Positions 36,061 to 48,533 of a stretch of DNA of 64,000 nt are shown piece after piece. The first letter of the stretch is position 1, and every line of letters begins with the position of its first letter. The notes under the pieces are model-generated. The model saw only the letters and a program-made list of their open reading frames with translations. It made no database searches and had not been told where the DNA came from. This stretch comes from Lama guanicoe. Lineage: Eukaryota. Both the position numbers and the translations under genes were made by a program. The stretch is taken from assembly GCA_013239625.1 (NCBI GenBank), contig MU053376.1, forward strand, positions 148,833 to 212,832, read 5' to 3'.

Positions 36061-36124
36061 CGCACTCAGGAAGGGGATGTTGGCGGTATTGCCCAGGAAG
36101 CCAAAGACGACAGGGAAAAAGCCC
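36061..36124 (-). CDS. GOLT1A: GOLT1A exon 4 (64 bp)
   Basis: tag|G...GCG|gtaag; GFFPVVFGFLGNTANIPFLSA. Confidence 0.95.
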
Positions 36125-37297
36125 CTAGGAGCAGAGAGGCGGGGAGAGGGGTCAGTGATGGCCTGGGAGGGCAGGATGAGGGCAGTGAGGCTGAGGTCCC
36201 CCCAAAGGCTCCAGCTTTGTCTCCCAAGAGAGCGGGCCCCAGGGCACTGGGAGTGGGCGTGGTGCCGCAGCCCTGTGTTTTGAGAGGCAGCCAAGTGGAG
36301 TAGTTAAGAACAAGGCCCTGGGGATGTGAGGGCGATCTGGCTGCGACATCTGTCACCCTGTCCTTGTCATCGGTCATTGATCTCCAGGGTTGATTTGGCT
36401 GATTGGCTGCCTAGGCGGGTGTCCCCTTCCTGCCTCACAGCTCCATGTGTGTCCCTCCTGAAGCCGCACGCTCGGACGAAGAGGACCACCATCCCGATAT
36501 AGGAGGACCGTTCGCTCTGCTCGGCCAAGGGTGTAGGAGTAGCTGCGCTCCCGGCCAGCCCCTCCTGACAAGCTCTCAAGAATAGAGGCCCCGGGGGCAG
36601 GCTCCTTGGGTTCGGGTCCTGGCTCTGCCCCTCACTGGCACTGGTCAACTTGGGCAAATCCCTTAACTTCTGAATCTCAGTTTCTCGCTGTAAAATGGGG
36701 TTAGTAATACTATTAATAACGGTATCTACATCATAAGGCCTTCCATGTTTGGGAAATATTTATTTTTACTAATGTTCCTGTCTTCCTCTCCCTGCACTGG
36801 TGTGTACCACCTGCCGCAGGTTTCCTGGGCTCCAGGCGGGACCGCCGTGCTGTTTATTCTCTCCCACGCCTCGGGGCCTCACGCTCATCACACACACCCC
36901 GGCAAGGATGGGTGACCCTCCAAACAGCTTGGAGGCACGGAGGCTGGCGTTGGAAGGGGCCCTTGCGTGCAGCAAAGGTGAGGGGAGTGGGAATCTGAAT
37001 TCTGGCTGAGTTACTTACTTCCTCTCCTTGGGCCTGAAGTTCCCCTGCATCTCTGAGGACTCTTATAGCTCCGAGCTACTGAATCTGCAGTGGCTCCACT
37101 TACACTTCTAAGCCCGCAACAAATGGTAACTATTTTCAGGGTTAATTTGCCATCCTTACGAAATTATAAGCTCCGCTGAAAGTTCCTCCTTGTTTAGCAC
37201 TGTATCCCCACACCCAGCCCTGTATTTGGCACATAGTAGGTATTTTAAATATAACTGACTGTTTGAATCAATGACTATTTGTAAGTTGGGGTTTAAA

Positions 37298-37404
37298 TTT
37301 TTTTTTCTTATTTTATTTTAATTTTAATGGAGGTGATAAGGACTGAACCCCAGGACCTCGTGCCTGCTAAGCACGCACTTTACCACTGAGCTATTCTCCA
37401 CCCC
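37298..37404 (-). mobile_element. tRNA-derived SINE (Vic-1-like)
   Basis: ttttaatggaggtgataaggactgaaccccaggacctc...taccactgagctat; flanked by repeated tgactgtttgaat. Confidence 0.8.
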
Positions 37405-38413
37405 TCAATAAATGACTGTTTGAATAATGATATATCTGAATGTTAAATAATGGATGGCAGGACACCTGTGAGAAAATTTCGTTCCTGAAGCCACACTACA
37501 GGGTGTCTCTGAGGTGTCAGGCATCTGGGCGGATCAGGGTGTTTTCAAGGCTGCACTGAGCAAGCTGAGGGCTCTGATGAGAATCCAGGGTTCCTGATCT
37601 CAGCTCCTTCCCATGAATCCATAAGCCACAATTCTTCCAGCCCACATCATCCCCGTCCCACCCCTGTTCTCTCCTCAGTGCCCCAGAGATGGTCTTCCCC
37701 AGTATCATCCTTTTCTTTCTTCTCCTTAAGCACCCTCCAGTCTTCTCGGAGACCATACCCACCCCTCAAGGCCTGTCTCCAATCCTGCTTCCTCTGGGAC
37801 ACCTCCCTGGCCCTGATGGAGCCCACACATCTTCACTGAGCTCCCTGCCTTTCACCGGGCCCAGGCTGACACAGGACATGCCGAGGGATGTGGCAACATG
37901 AGCCAAAGACACCTGGGTCAAGTTGAGATCCTTTGCACACTGCTTGTGAGAACTTGGGCAGGGGCAGTCTCTCTAAGCATTGGTTTCCTTATCTGCAAAG
38001 CAGAGGACAGTCTTACGATGGGTTGTGGAGAGGGCAAAACAAGGGGATGCCTGTGAGTGTGCTTGGTGCATTAGGGGACTAGCAAATATCAGCTCACTGC
38101 CCCTCCTCTCTATCTAGACTGCTAGACTTGAGGGCAGGCCCTGTGTCTCTTCCCTGGTGACAAGCCCAGTAATGGGAACACAGCAGGTGCTCAATGTTTG
38201 CTGGCGGACTGGCTGATCCCTCCAACTTATCCTTCAACCTACGGTTGTGGTGTCCACCTGATATCCCTCCCCAGTTTCAACTCTTCCGTGGCTCCCCTCT
38301 CCTGCAGGATGAAGTCCAGCTTCTGGATGCACTGCTGGTCACGCTGCCCAGGCCTGATCTCAGCTGCTCAGAGGCCCTGGTGGCCCCTCCAGGGGAAAGG
38401 GACCCGCACTCAC

Positions 38414-38592
38414 TTGAAGAGGTTAAAGAAGCCATAGGTTTCGAGGAGCATGCCCAGGAGGGGCCGGCGCAGGAGCACGATGGCCACACCCCCCAGGAAG
38501 AAGCTTGTTCCCTTCAGCTTGTGTCTCTGGAAGAAGAAGGAAGATGTCTTCCTCAGACCAATGATGAGGGAGAGGCCGGTCAGGAACAGCAG
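38414..38592 (-). CDS. GOLT1A: GOLT1A exon 3 (179 bp)
   Basis: cag|CTG...AA|gtgag; LLFLTGLSLIIGLRKTSSFFFQRHKLKGTSFFLGGVAIVLLRRPLLGMLLETYGFFNLF. Confidence 0.96.
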
Positions 38593-39633
38593 CTGCCGGG
38601 GAGGGAGAGCAGGGTGAGAACAAAGACACTGGCCCCCGCGGGAGTCAGGGCCAGGCCCGGAGTCACGCAGCAGGCACGGGCAGGTCTTGCTAAATCTTCG
38701 AGGAGGGACCATATGGGAGAGGGTGACCCAGAAATGTGGAATAACCCCAGAGCCCTGAGTAATTTGAACTGGTAGAAACAGGAGTGCCCAGGGGCAGGGT
38801 GGACAAGGAGAACTTGGAAGGTCCCTGGCTTCTCGCCCAGTTCAGCCCAATTTCTTGGATCCCAAGCATTTCATATATGACATCAGTTCTCATCACACCT
38901 TCCAAGTAAGAAGGGATAGTGAGATTCTGTCCATTTTACAGAGGTGAAGACTGAGGCCTAAATAGGTTTGGCAGCCATACCCAAGGGCACAGCAAACTGT
39001 CAGGGCTCCGCTGCCTATGGAGTTAATAGTCCAGGCCTCTGCTCTGTGGCCCTGTCACCCTCTTCAGCTTGGTTAATGATCCCTTACAAATGCCTGGGCT
39101 CCTGTCAGACTTAACCCTCTGGCTGTCTTCCAGCAGGTTCCATGCTCTTCCTCTCCATCTCCCTATGTTCTCTCTTGCTGTTCCAGCCACCTGGAAGTGC
39201 TTTATCCACTCCCACACCTCTTTTTACCCCCGATTCCTTTTCATCCTTCTCCCACAGGGCATGCTCTCTTTCCTCCAAGCACCTTGTTTCAGATTAGATG
39301 TGTTTATCTTCCAGTGACTTTATCACTGCCCCTGCCCTCCTCCCAGTCATCTAGACTGATGTCACATTCCTGTCTCAAGGTGTGGGATTCCGCTGGTAGG
39401 GACAAGTGTCTGATTCATCTTGGCACCCCCAGGGCCTCGCCCAGAGCTTGGCATGAGAATCCAGGTCCTCAGACTCTCCAAGCCCAGTAGACCTCACCGT
39501 CCATCCCCAGCCACCCTTGCCTGCCTGGGCTTGATAGAGCCTGACTCCTGGATGGGCAGGATCTGAACAAACTCAGGGCCGACCCTCCCAGCAATGGAGA
39601 CCTCGGGTAGGTTCACAGGGCTGGGGGACTCAC

Positions 39634-39725
39634 GTTTCCGAAGGCCAGGAGCACCGAATCAAAGTACAGGAGCACTCCGAAGAGGATGAAGAAGATGCCG
39701 AAGCCAGTGACGCCCACGCCAATCT
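39634..39725 (-). CDS. GOLT1A: GOLT1A exon 2 (92 bp)
   Basis: cag|AG...AAC|gtgag; IGVGVTGFGIFFILFGVLLYFDSVLLAFGN. Confidence 0.96.
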
Positions 39726-40639
39726 CTGCAGTGGGCAAGGAGGTAGTGGTGGGTTGGGCTTCGGGGAGCAGGTGGGGTGCTGGAACTTCCCCTCACTGCC
39801 CCTGGGCAGGTGTCCTCTGGGGGGGATGGGGTGGCTCCATTTCCACCCAGGAATCTTGGCTTCCGTGCCCTCGGGGAATGACGGGATGCGAAGGGAAGGG
39901 CGGGATGGGCACGGATCTGTGTTTAGCACCTGGAAACTGCTGGTCATTTCTACAGATTCTGACCTCCTGGCCTCCCAACAGCTCTATGAAGCAGTTAGTG
40001 CTACCCTCATCTCTTGCGATTTTCAGTTTCCTCAGTCTTCAAATGCTGCAGCGTCTCGATCATTATCGGGGTTGGGTCGCTGGCTGAACACAACCCCCAC
40101 CTACTCTGTTCCTGTCCTCTTGCAGAGGGGTACCGCTGAAAACGCACAGCCGCCAGCCCCAGAGGGTCTCGGAACTGCCCAGCGGGTCTGCCCTAGTCAA
40201 TGCTCAGGAGGCTTCACTGTCTCCTTTCTCCACGAAGCCACCCCTCTTCCCAGCCTCCCGATGATGACCTCTCATGACTGGGGAAGGGAAAGCGTCAATC
40301 AGGAATGTGCTCATCACCTGGGAGTCCCCACCCCAGCCAGCACCTTGGCCGCCCCCGCCACACGCCCCTCGGTGCCCTAGCTCCAGCCACAGTGGCTGGG
40401 CTGTTCTCTACCAGGTGGGCCCCGTCAGCAGCGTGTCTTTTGCTCTGTGCCAGCTCATTCTCTGAACTGCAGGACCTGGCTCAGAGCCAGGGGGCACAGC
40501 ACAGACGTGCAGACTGTTTAGGATATGAAGTTCCTTCTCTCCTCAACCCTCTCCATCACACAGAATCGTTAATTTTACTTTACCTTTGCCACTCCGATAG
40601 TCTACAAATGACAATTCATCGTGTTGCTTCATTTTAAAA

Positions 40640-42590
40640 TTCACATTGAAAATTTTAAATTATGATAAAATACACATAAAAGTGACCATCTTAACCATTT
40701 TGAGGAACATAGTTCAGTGGGGTTGGCACCTTCACCGTCTTGTGCTGTGGCCACCACCCACCTCCAGACTCATCTTGCAAAACTGAAACTCTCTACCCAC
40801 TAAACAGCTCCCCGTTCCTCCCTCCCTCGGTAGCCACCATATCCTACTTTGGATTTCTGTGATTCTAACCACTCTAGGTACCTCGTATGATTGGAATCAT
40901 GCAGTGTTTGTCTTTGTGTGACTGGATTATTTCACTCAGCATAATGTCTTCAAGGCTTATCCACATTGTACCATGTGTTAGAATTTGCTTTTTTAAAGCT
41001 GAGTAATATTCCATTGGATGTATACACCACATTTTGATTATCTATTCATCTTTGGGTGGACACTTGGGTTGCTTCCACCTTTGGCTATTGTAAACAGGTG
41101 AGCAAACGTGTCTCTGAGACCCTGCTTTCACGTCTTTCGGGTATATACTCAGAAAAGGAATTGTTGGCTCATTCAGTACTTCTATTTCTAGTTTTTTTGA
41201 GGAAACACCAGTTTCCCACAGAAGTCGCACCATTTTACATTCCCACCAGCAGTGCACAAGGGCTCCAATTTCTCTACATCCTCACCAATGCTAGTTAGTT
41301 TTTGGGTTTTGCTTTGTTTTGTTTTTTATTGCATCCATCCTAATCGGTGTGAAGTGGTACCTCCTGAGGTTTTGATTTGCATTTCCTTGACGATTAGTGA
41401 CGTTGAGCATCTTTTCATGTGCCTGTTGGTCGTTTGTATGCTTTTGTTCTGAGAAGTGTCTATTCGAGTCTTCTGCCCATTTTAAAAAGCAGGTTGCTTG
41501 GGTTTTGTTGTTGTTGCTGTCGAGCTGTAGGAGTCCTTTGTGTATCTGGATAGCAACCCCACAGCAGGTAAATGATTTGCAGGTATTTTCTCCTGTTCTG
41601 TAGGTTGCCTTTTCACTCTGCTGACTGTGCCCTTTGATACACAGAAGGCTTAAATTTTGATATAGGCCAATTTATCAATTTTTTCATTAGTTGCCTGGGC
41701 TTTTGGTATCATACCCAAGAAATAACTGGGTTATTTCAAATCCAGCTTCACGAAGCTTTTCTCCTATGTTTTCTTCTACGAGTTTGTTTTAGCTCTTACT
41801 TAGAGATAAAATGAACTGTGAGTTAATTTTTACATATGATGGAAGAGTCCAACTTCACTCATTTGCCCATGGATATCCAGTTTTGCCAACAACATTTGTT
41901 GAAAAGTCTGTCCTTTTTCCATTGAATGGTCTTGGCACCCTTGTTGAAAACCATGTGGCTATAGATGCCAGGGTTTATTTCTGGGCTCTCCATTCCATTG
42001 GTCTATATGTCTGTCTTCACGCCAGTCCCACACTGTTTTGATTACTGTAGCTTTGTAATAAGCTTTTAAATCAGGAAGTATGAAACCTCCAACTTTCTTC
42101 TTTTTCAAGATTGCTTTGACTATTCAAGATCCCTTGTGATTCTATATGAATTTTTCCTGTGCTTTTTTTAAAAAAAATTTTTTTGGGGGTAATTTTGTTT
42201 GTTTAATTTTTTAAACAGAAGTGCTGGGGATTGAACCCAGGACCTCACGCATGCTAAGCATGTGCTCTACCATTTGAGCTATACCCTGCCCCCTCCATAT
42301 GAATTTTAGGATGGCTTTTTCTATTCCTGAAAGAAAAAATGCTATTGGGATTTTGACAGGTATTGCATTGAATCTGTAGATTGCTTTGGGTAGTACTGAC
42401 ACCTTAACAATATAATTCTTCCAATCCATGAACATGGGATGTCTTTTTACCTATTTGCATCTTAAAATTTCCTTCAGCAACATTCTGTAGTTTTCAGGGT
42501 GCAAGCCTTTGGCCTCCTTGGTTGAGCTTATTCCTAAGTATCTTATTCTTTTTGATATTATTGTTAATGAAATTGTGTTGCTTCCTTTTA
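40640..42590 (-). mobile_element. Old L1 (L1MB-like) 3' fragment of about 1.9 kb: ORF2 end plus 3' UTR
   Basis: Remnant peptides [33 protein letters not shown] and RWKQPKCP; typical L1M 3' UTR at 40650-40950. Confidence 0.9.
42156..42293 (-). mobile_element. Vic-1-like SINE inserted in the L1
   Basis: gtgctggggattgaacccaggacctc...catttgagctataccctgcccc; TSD tc(t/c)atatgaatttt on both sides. Confidence 0.87.
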
Positions 42591-43029
42591 AAAAATTACT
42601 GATGAGGTGCAACTTTAAGTTTATACTGTACATAGTTTTGCAACTTGCTTTATTTACTTAATACAGCTAAAATGTCTTCTTTGGTAAATTATAGGGTGAA
42701 TAGGGATACAGCAAGAGTGTCTTTTAAAATTACAATGTGTATAACATTATTTAAAATGGCTTAATTTTAAAAAAGAAAATATATACGTAATTTTTAAAGA
42801 GAAAAATTTTTACTGGACTTGTTAACTAACGTCTTAGATTTGATCCTTAATGATACCTATCACATTGACATTATTGCCAGGTTTCTACAGTGGCAAAAAG
42901 TTGTTAAAAGTCTGATTGTTAAAAGACAGAACCGTAAAAAACAAAACAAAACAAAAACAAAACTATTAAGACTAGGCTTACCAGCTAAATTATATTTACA
43001 ACGGAAAGAAAATGAAACACAATTGTCTT

Positions 43030-44340
43030 TCAGGTAGCTAATCTTTCATAATCTGTTACCGCACAGATCTTAAGAGGATTAGAATCAGTTCCAGTATAGA
43101 AATCAGGCCAAATGGCTTCTTTAAAAGAATTACTAATAAGAGATGAGATTTATCCTTCAAGTTATGGCCTGAAAGCTTGCTCAACTCATACTTCAGAAAA
43201 ATGCCAGTCCCAATAAGGGTCTCCCTTTCGGCACAGCTGGGTTTGTTACAACCAGTACAACATCATTTTTCTCAACACATCGCCCAGCTGCCCAAAATCC
43301 ATCTTCTACTAATCCTCCTGTTTCTGACAAACTTCCTTGATCTATTCAGGTTCATTTCCTATTTTTACCTCCTAGTAATGCCTGCCTGAATTAAATCTCT
43401 TAGAACCCAGGGCCCTGGGAACAGCACAGCTCCCTTGATCATGATGAAGTTGTAGTCTGCCTTTCCCCGTTGCATGATTTTTCTATCTTCAGAGACAACA
43501 AGCTGTGGATTTAGAAGTACAGCTACTATGTCAGGATAATTCTATATGGACCAGGATGCTGCGGGGAAGACCACATCCATATTTCTTTCATTTGAATGAC
43601 AAAGGTATTTTAAGATTTTACGTCTGTTATAAAAGTATCTCTTATTAGCTTACACCCACCATGAAAATATGTCATTGATTTCAGCTCTGACAGTACACCC
43701 GTCCCCTCCAGCTCCCTTAGACGGTGTATTTGGGTAGAAACATACCATGGACATTTTGTAGGGGATTCATTTTGTTTTGTTAATATACCCATATGCCCAT
43801 CCTGTGAACACTTAAGTACAGCCTCTTTCTCATTTGGTAGGAAGAGTATGTGGTTCTCAAATTCACACTTCGCGTCTTCTCTCCTATGTTATACTTTTTT
43901 CTGCAACAGTGATTTGCAGGCTTACATAGCCATTACTTTTCCAACTTGTCCCACACTGCCCTTCAAGGGCTGGTGCGTTTCCAGAATTTTCCTGTGATCA
44001 GGAACAGCCTTCTTTGTGGGCCACACTTAGTGCTTCCAGCATTCAGTGGAGAAACTGCACCGTGAACACAACACCCCACAGAGAAGGGTCAGAGATGGTG
44101 TTTCTCACACACAAGCCGCAGACCATCCTCGGCCTCTCGCTGGTGGAGTAGCTAAGAGATTTCAGTCAAATGACGAGGTGAGCCGGGGGTTGTTCCTGAA
44201 GTTTTCTGGGGGCAGCCAGCATGGCAGAGAGGGTGGGGGATGGAGCACATCACCAGGAGGGACCGATGTGCCTGCAGCCCACGGTCTCTGGGACCCAGAC
44301 AGCTGGGGCAGTGCAACCCCTGCTGGAGGTCAGCCAGGGC
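43030..44340 (-). pseudogene. Decayed TRIM60-like (RING-B-box-coiled coil-PRY/SPRY) pseudogene in GOLT1A intron 1
   Basis: Hand translation across frameshifts gives, in order, ALADLQ..HCPSCL; HLTEIS; VCEKHH; LCSRCSFSTE..KH*VWPTKKA..HRKILE; LFLPNEKEAVL; YVSTQIHRLRELEG; PQLVVSEDRK; LGSKRFNSGRHY*EVKIGNEPE; GFWAAGR; GIFLKYEL; FKEAIWPDFYTGTDSNPLKIC, collinear with recalled TRIM60. Multiple stops and frameshifts. Confidence 0.85.
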
Positions 44341-44754
44341 TCCAGGCTACGGAGCGGAGAACAGCTGGGAAGCTCAGGGAACTCTCCAGGGATGCCTGGC
44401 TCTCCAGGCTGCCACCTGGTGAGAAGGGGGTTGCTCCCTAGACCTCAAGAATGACCATAGATGGCTGCCTGGATGCCCTGTTCGCCCCGGCCCTGCAGAT
44501 CTGGAGCAGCTGCCGAGGAAAGCCCAGGGTTTGCAGCCAGCCTGCCCCGATGCCCCACTCTGTAGCTCACACTAACTGAAGCCAGGTTCTTCTTTCTTGC
44601 TCCAGAAAGCAACCACGGCTCCAAGGAAAGCAGTATCCCCTGGAGCAGGCAGAGGGACGGGGCCTCCTGGCTTAAGGCTCTGCAAGGGAGCCTCAGACAC
44701 CATTCATTTTCCCTCTCCTTTCCTCTTTGTAAAAATCAGTATTTGATTTTATAA

Positions 44755-44990
44755 GGTAGAGCTCAGTGGTAGAGCATGTGCTTAGCATGCACAAGGTCCT
44801 GGGTGTGATCCCCTGGCACCTCCATTGAGGTTAATAAATTAAATAAAAAATTAAATTAATAAATTAAATAAAAACTAAATACAATAAATAAATAAAAATA
44901 AAATAAATTACATTAAATAAAATTAAACAAAAGCCTAATTACTTCCCCCACCACCCCAAAAAGAGACTGGCAGAAAAATAAATAAATAAA
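44755..44990 (+). mobile_element. Vic-1-like SINE with expanded internal AT-rich tract
   Basis: ggtagagctcagtggtagagcatgtgcttagcatgc...; about 105 nt of AAAT/AATT repeats before cctaattacttccccc. Confidence 0.8.
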
Positions 44991-44999
44991 ATTTTGGAA

Positions 45000-45570
45000 G
45001 AATGAAAAATAAAATAAAATCAATATCAAATGGACAGAACAGTTGCAAGTATGTACAAAGAATTTTGTTCCTGAACCATTTGGAAGCAGTTGCCACCAGC
45101 AATCTCATTACCCCTGGATCCTTGGCAGTGGCTTCCTTTATTCTCCAGTACAACCGGGACCCAACCGTCAAAGTCAGGAGATTAACACGGATACATCACT
45201 ACCATCCAAAGCTCAGACCCCACTCAGGTTTCATCCATTGTCCCAGCGAAGAGATCCACTTCAGAACCACATGTGGCATTTGGTTGCCCTGTCTCTGCAA
45301 TCTGTTGTGTCTGGAGCAGTTCCTCAGTCTTTCCCTGACATGACCTTGACACTTCTGAAGATTCGGGCGGTTATCCTGTAGCTGTCCTTCTATTTGGGTT
45401 TGTGTGATGTTTCCTCAGGACTAGATTCAGATTTTGCAGAAATATCAACAAGATGTGATGCCCTGTTCTTCTCAGGTGATGCACAATTTCAGTTTGACCT
45501 GTAACTGGTGGTGTTTCTTTAAGCACTTCATCAAGATCGTGTCTGCAGGCCCCTCCATCATAAAGTTGCC
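45000..45570 (-). mobile_element. Old L1 (L1MC-like) 3' fragment
   Basis: ttcctgaaccattt...tctggagcagttcctcagtcttt...catgaccttgacacttctgaaga...tttgggtttgtgtgatgtttcctc resembles recalled L1MC 3' ends. Confidence 0.65.
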
Positions 45571-47286
45571 CCTACCCTGTCCCTGCCGGGATGCTCTCCT
45601 GCCTCTGCCCTGGCACCAGGCCAACCCCACTGTGAACACCCTCCACTCGGCTGGGGCTCTGACACCTGCCATGGGTACCGCCCTCGCCCCATCTCATGGC
45701 TTTAGGTCTGAATTGTTCAGGAAGAGGAAGGAGGGACATGGGACGAGAAAGAGCCTTGTCTGTCTTTTAAAAATTAACAGTAGTGATTAATAGCAGTAAC
45801 TGCTGACACTAAGAATACGTGGTGCCAGGCAGCCTGAGCAATTCTGTTATATTTTCATAACTGCCTATGAGGTAAGTATGCTGTTAGTCCCATTTCACAA
45901 GCAGAGCTGAAACACTGAGAGGTTAGGTCAAGCGGCTTAACTTGTGCCCAGGGGTGCACAGCCAGCAACCAGCAGAACCAGGGTTTGAACCCAGCAGTTT
46001 GGCTCTAGAAAAAGTGCCTTTCGTCAACCCCGTCTGGTCCACTTCTGCCTTCACCCCCTCCACAGGCATTGCTCTTGCTTTGACCATCTGTGATGCCCAT
46101 GCTCCCAAATCCGGAGGACAGATGTTAGTCCTCATCTGTCGGGGTGGCCACTCCCTTCTTGAAATATCCTCTCTCGGATTCCAGGACAACATGTTCTTGA
46201 CTTCTTCCTGCTGTGCTGACTGCTCTTCCCTAGTCTTCTTCGCCAGGTCCTACTTCCCTCTCTTCCCCTAGGGGTTTGGATTCCTCAGGGCTTCAGCCCC
46301 AGCTCACCTCTCATTCTCATTTCACATCTGTTTCTAGGTCTTTGAGTGTCCCTTGTGTGTTGACAATGTCAATATCGACCTTTCCAGCCCATGCCTCTCT
46401 CGGAGCTTCCAGACTCATATACAGCTGCTGATGTGGCATATCTGCTTGGTTTTCTCTCTCCAAGGCATCTTGAGCTGAACAGGTCCAAACAGAGCTATTG
46501 AGCCTCCTTCCTCAAAGCTGTACCTTGCTCAGTTTTCCCCCGATGAAATAAAATGTCACCACCCCGCCACCAGCAGTTCAAGGCAGGAGCCCAAGAGCCA
46601 TCACTGAGTCTCCCTCACTGCTCCTCCATCCCACCTCCCCTGCCCCATTCAACCAACTGCTAGGTTTTATTGCTTCTTCTTCCCAAATGTATGTTGAAAG
46701 CTGTCCACTTCTCTCCAAGCTCACCACTTAATTCCAAGCCGCCATGAGCTCTTTCCTGGACTCTTGCAACATTTCCCAGTTAGTCTTCTGCTTCATTCCT
46801 GCCACCCTCTTATCGCTTCTCCACAGAGTCAGGGATCTTAGAAAACATGTAATCCACTCATGTGCACTGCAGAGAATCTGTCATGGCTTAGAATGAAAGA
46901 GTCCCCCCGTTCACTCCCTGGCTTACAGGCCCTGCATGTTAGGGCTTACGCCTGCTTGACCAGCTTCATCTCCTGCCACTATTGCCCTTGCCTGTCACGC
47001 TCCAACCACATCATTGTTTCCAGGATGAGCCTTCCTGCCTCAGGGCCTTTGCACATGCTGTTTCTTCCCATCTGTTACCTGCCTTCAGATCTCCATGACA
47101 ATGTCAGTTTCTCAGGGAAACTTGGTCCACTCTCTATTCCCCGACTTAGTCTGGTCCCCTCATTTCTCTCTCTCGCAGGACTTAGCACACTCTTCATAGG
47201 ACTCAGCACGTTTTGGCTTAATAAAATGTTAGTTTGCCACTGGCTTAGGCTTCAGCCCTCTTTTCTTTATTTTCCTCCCCCTAGGT

Positions 47287-47529
47287 CAGTGGTTCTCAAC
47301 TTGGAGGGGGCGTCCGGGGGAGAGGGGGATGGTGATTTTGTTCCTCAGGGGATATGTGTTAGGTCTAGAGACGCTCTGATTGTTACAACTGGGAGTGAGA
47401 GTGTGCTACTGCCACCTAGTGGGTAGAGGCCAAGGATGCTGCTAAAATCCTACAATGGACAGGATAGACCCCACAACAAAGCATTACCCTGCCCCCAAAT
47501 GTCAGCAGTGCGGAGGCTGAGAAACTGTG
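47287..47529 (+). mobile_element. MER20 hAT-Charlie element
   Basis: cagtggttctcaac...ggtgattttg...tagtgggtagaggccaaggatgctgctaaaatcctacaatg...ccaaatgtcagcagtg...gaggctgagaaac. Confidence 0.9.
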
Positions 47530-47539
47530 TCCCAGGTGA

Positions 47540-48533
47540 TCTCCTGGATTTAAATACCATCCATATGCTGGCGACTCCCAGCTTTCCCTCTCCATTCCAG
47601 AGTCATACACCTGACTATCTACTTTACGTCAAACTCAACACGTCTAAAACCCAACTCCTGCTTCCTCTGCGATTCAACCCTCCTAACTGCTCAGGTTAAG
47701 AATAGCGGAGGCATTCTTGACTTCTCTCTCTCACACCCCACATCCAATCCATCAGCCAATCCCTTCAGCAATTTCCTCAGTGCAGACTCAGCATTGACCA
47801 GTTCCTACCAGTTTGTTGCTGCCACCTTGGTCTCCTCCACCACCTCTCACCTCAGAACTGGTCTCCCATCCACCATCTCTTGCCTCAGAACTCATCTCCA
47901 TGTTGCTGACCCCACTTCTCTCCAGTCTATTCTCAATCCAGGATCCAGAGTGATCTTTTAAAAATATAAGCGGGTCACATTGCCCCTCTGCACAAAATTC
48001 TCCAGTGGTTTCCCATCTTAAGGAGATAAAACCAAAATTCTTAATACAGTCTGGCCTCTCAGTGACCTCCCTGATGAGCCTCCTGCTATTCTCCCCTTCT
48101 CTCACTTTGCTCCAGCCACACAAGCCTCCTGGGTCTTCAAACAACACATCAAGTATGCTAATGCCCCAGGGCCTTTGCACTGGCTGTCTCCGCTTCCTAG
48201 GATTTCCCCCTCCTGATAGCTGCTTGGTTTTGTTTCCTCACTGCCTATGGGTCTCTGTACAAAAAGCACCTTCCCAGGAAAGCTTTTCCTGATCACTCTA
48301 CATACAAAGCAGCAGCCCCTCTTACCCGGCACTCCTGGGCCTCCTTATACTGTTTTATTTTTGTCCAGAGGATGTATCACCATCTGACATACTGACTTCT
48401 TTATCTGTTAATTACCTGTATCCTCGTTCTGGAACGTAGGCAGGGAATATGTTCCATTCACTGTTGTATACTCTGTGCCCAACACAAAGCTTGGCACACA
48501 GAGGAGACAAATTTGTTCAGTGAATGAATGAAC
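47540..48533 (+). mobile_element. L2 3' fragment (further L2-like sequence at about 46040-47200)
   Basis: Pyrimidine-rich body with cagagtgatcttttaaaa and cagggcctttgcactggctgt, ending tggcacaca...tttgttcagtgaatgaatgaa. Confidence 0.7.

Noticed and set aside
43610..43900. Initial impression of a retroviral integrase zinc-finger (GHMG motif)
   Set aside because: The same stretch fits the TRIM coiled-coil in register with flanking B-box and PRY-SPRY fragments.
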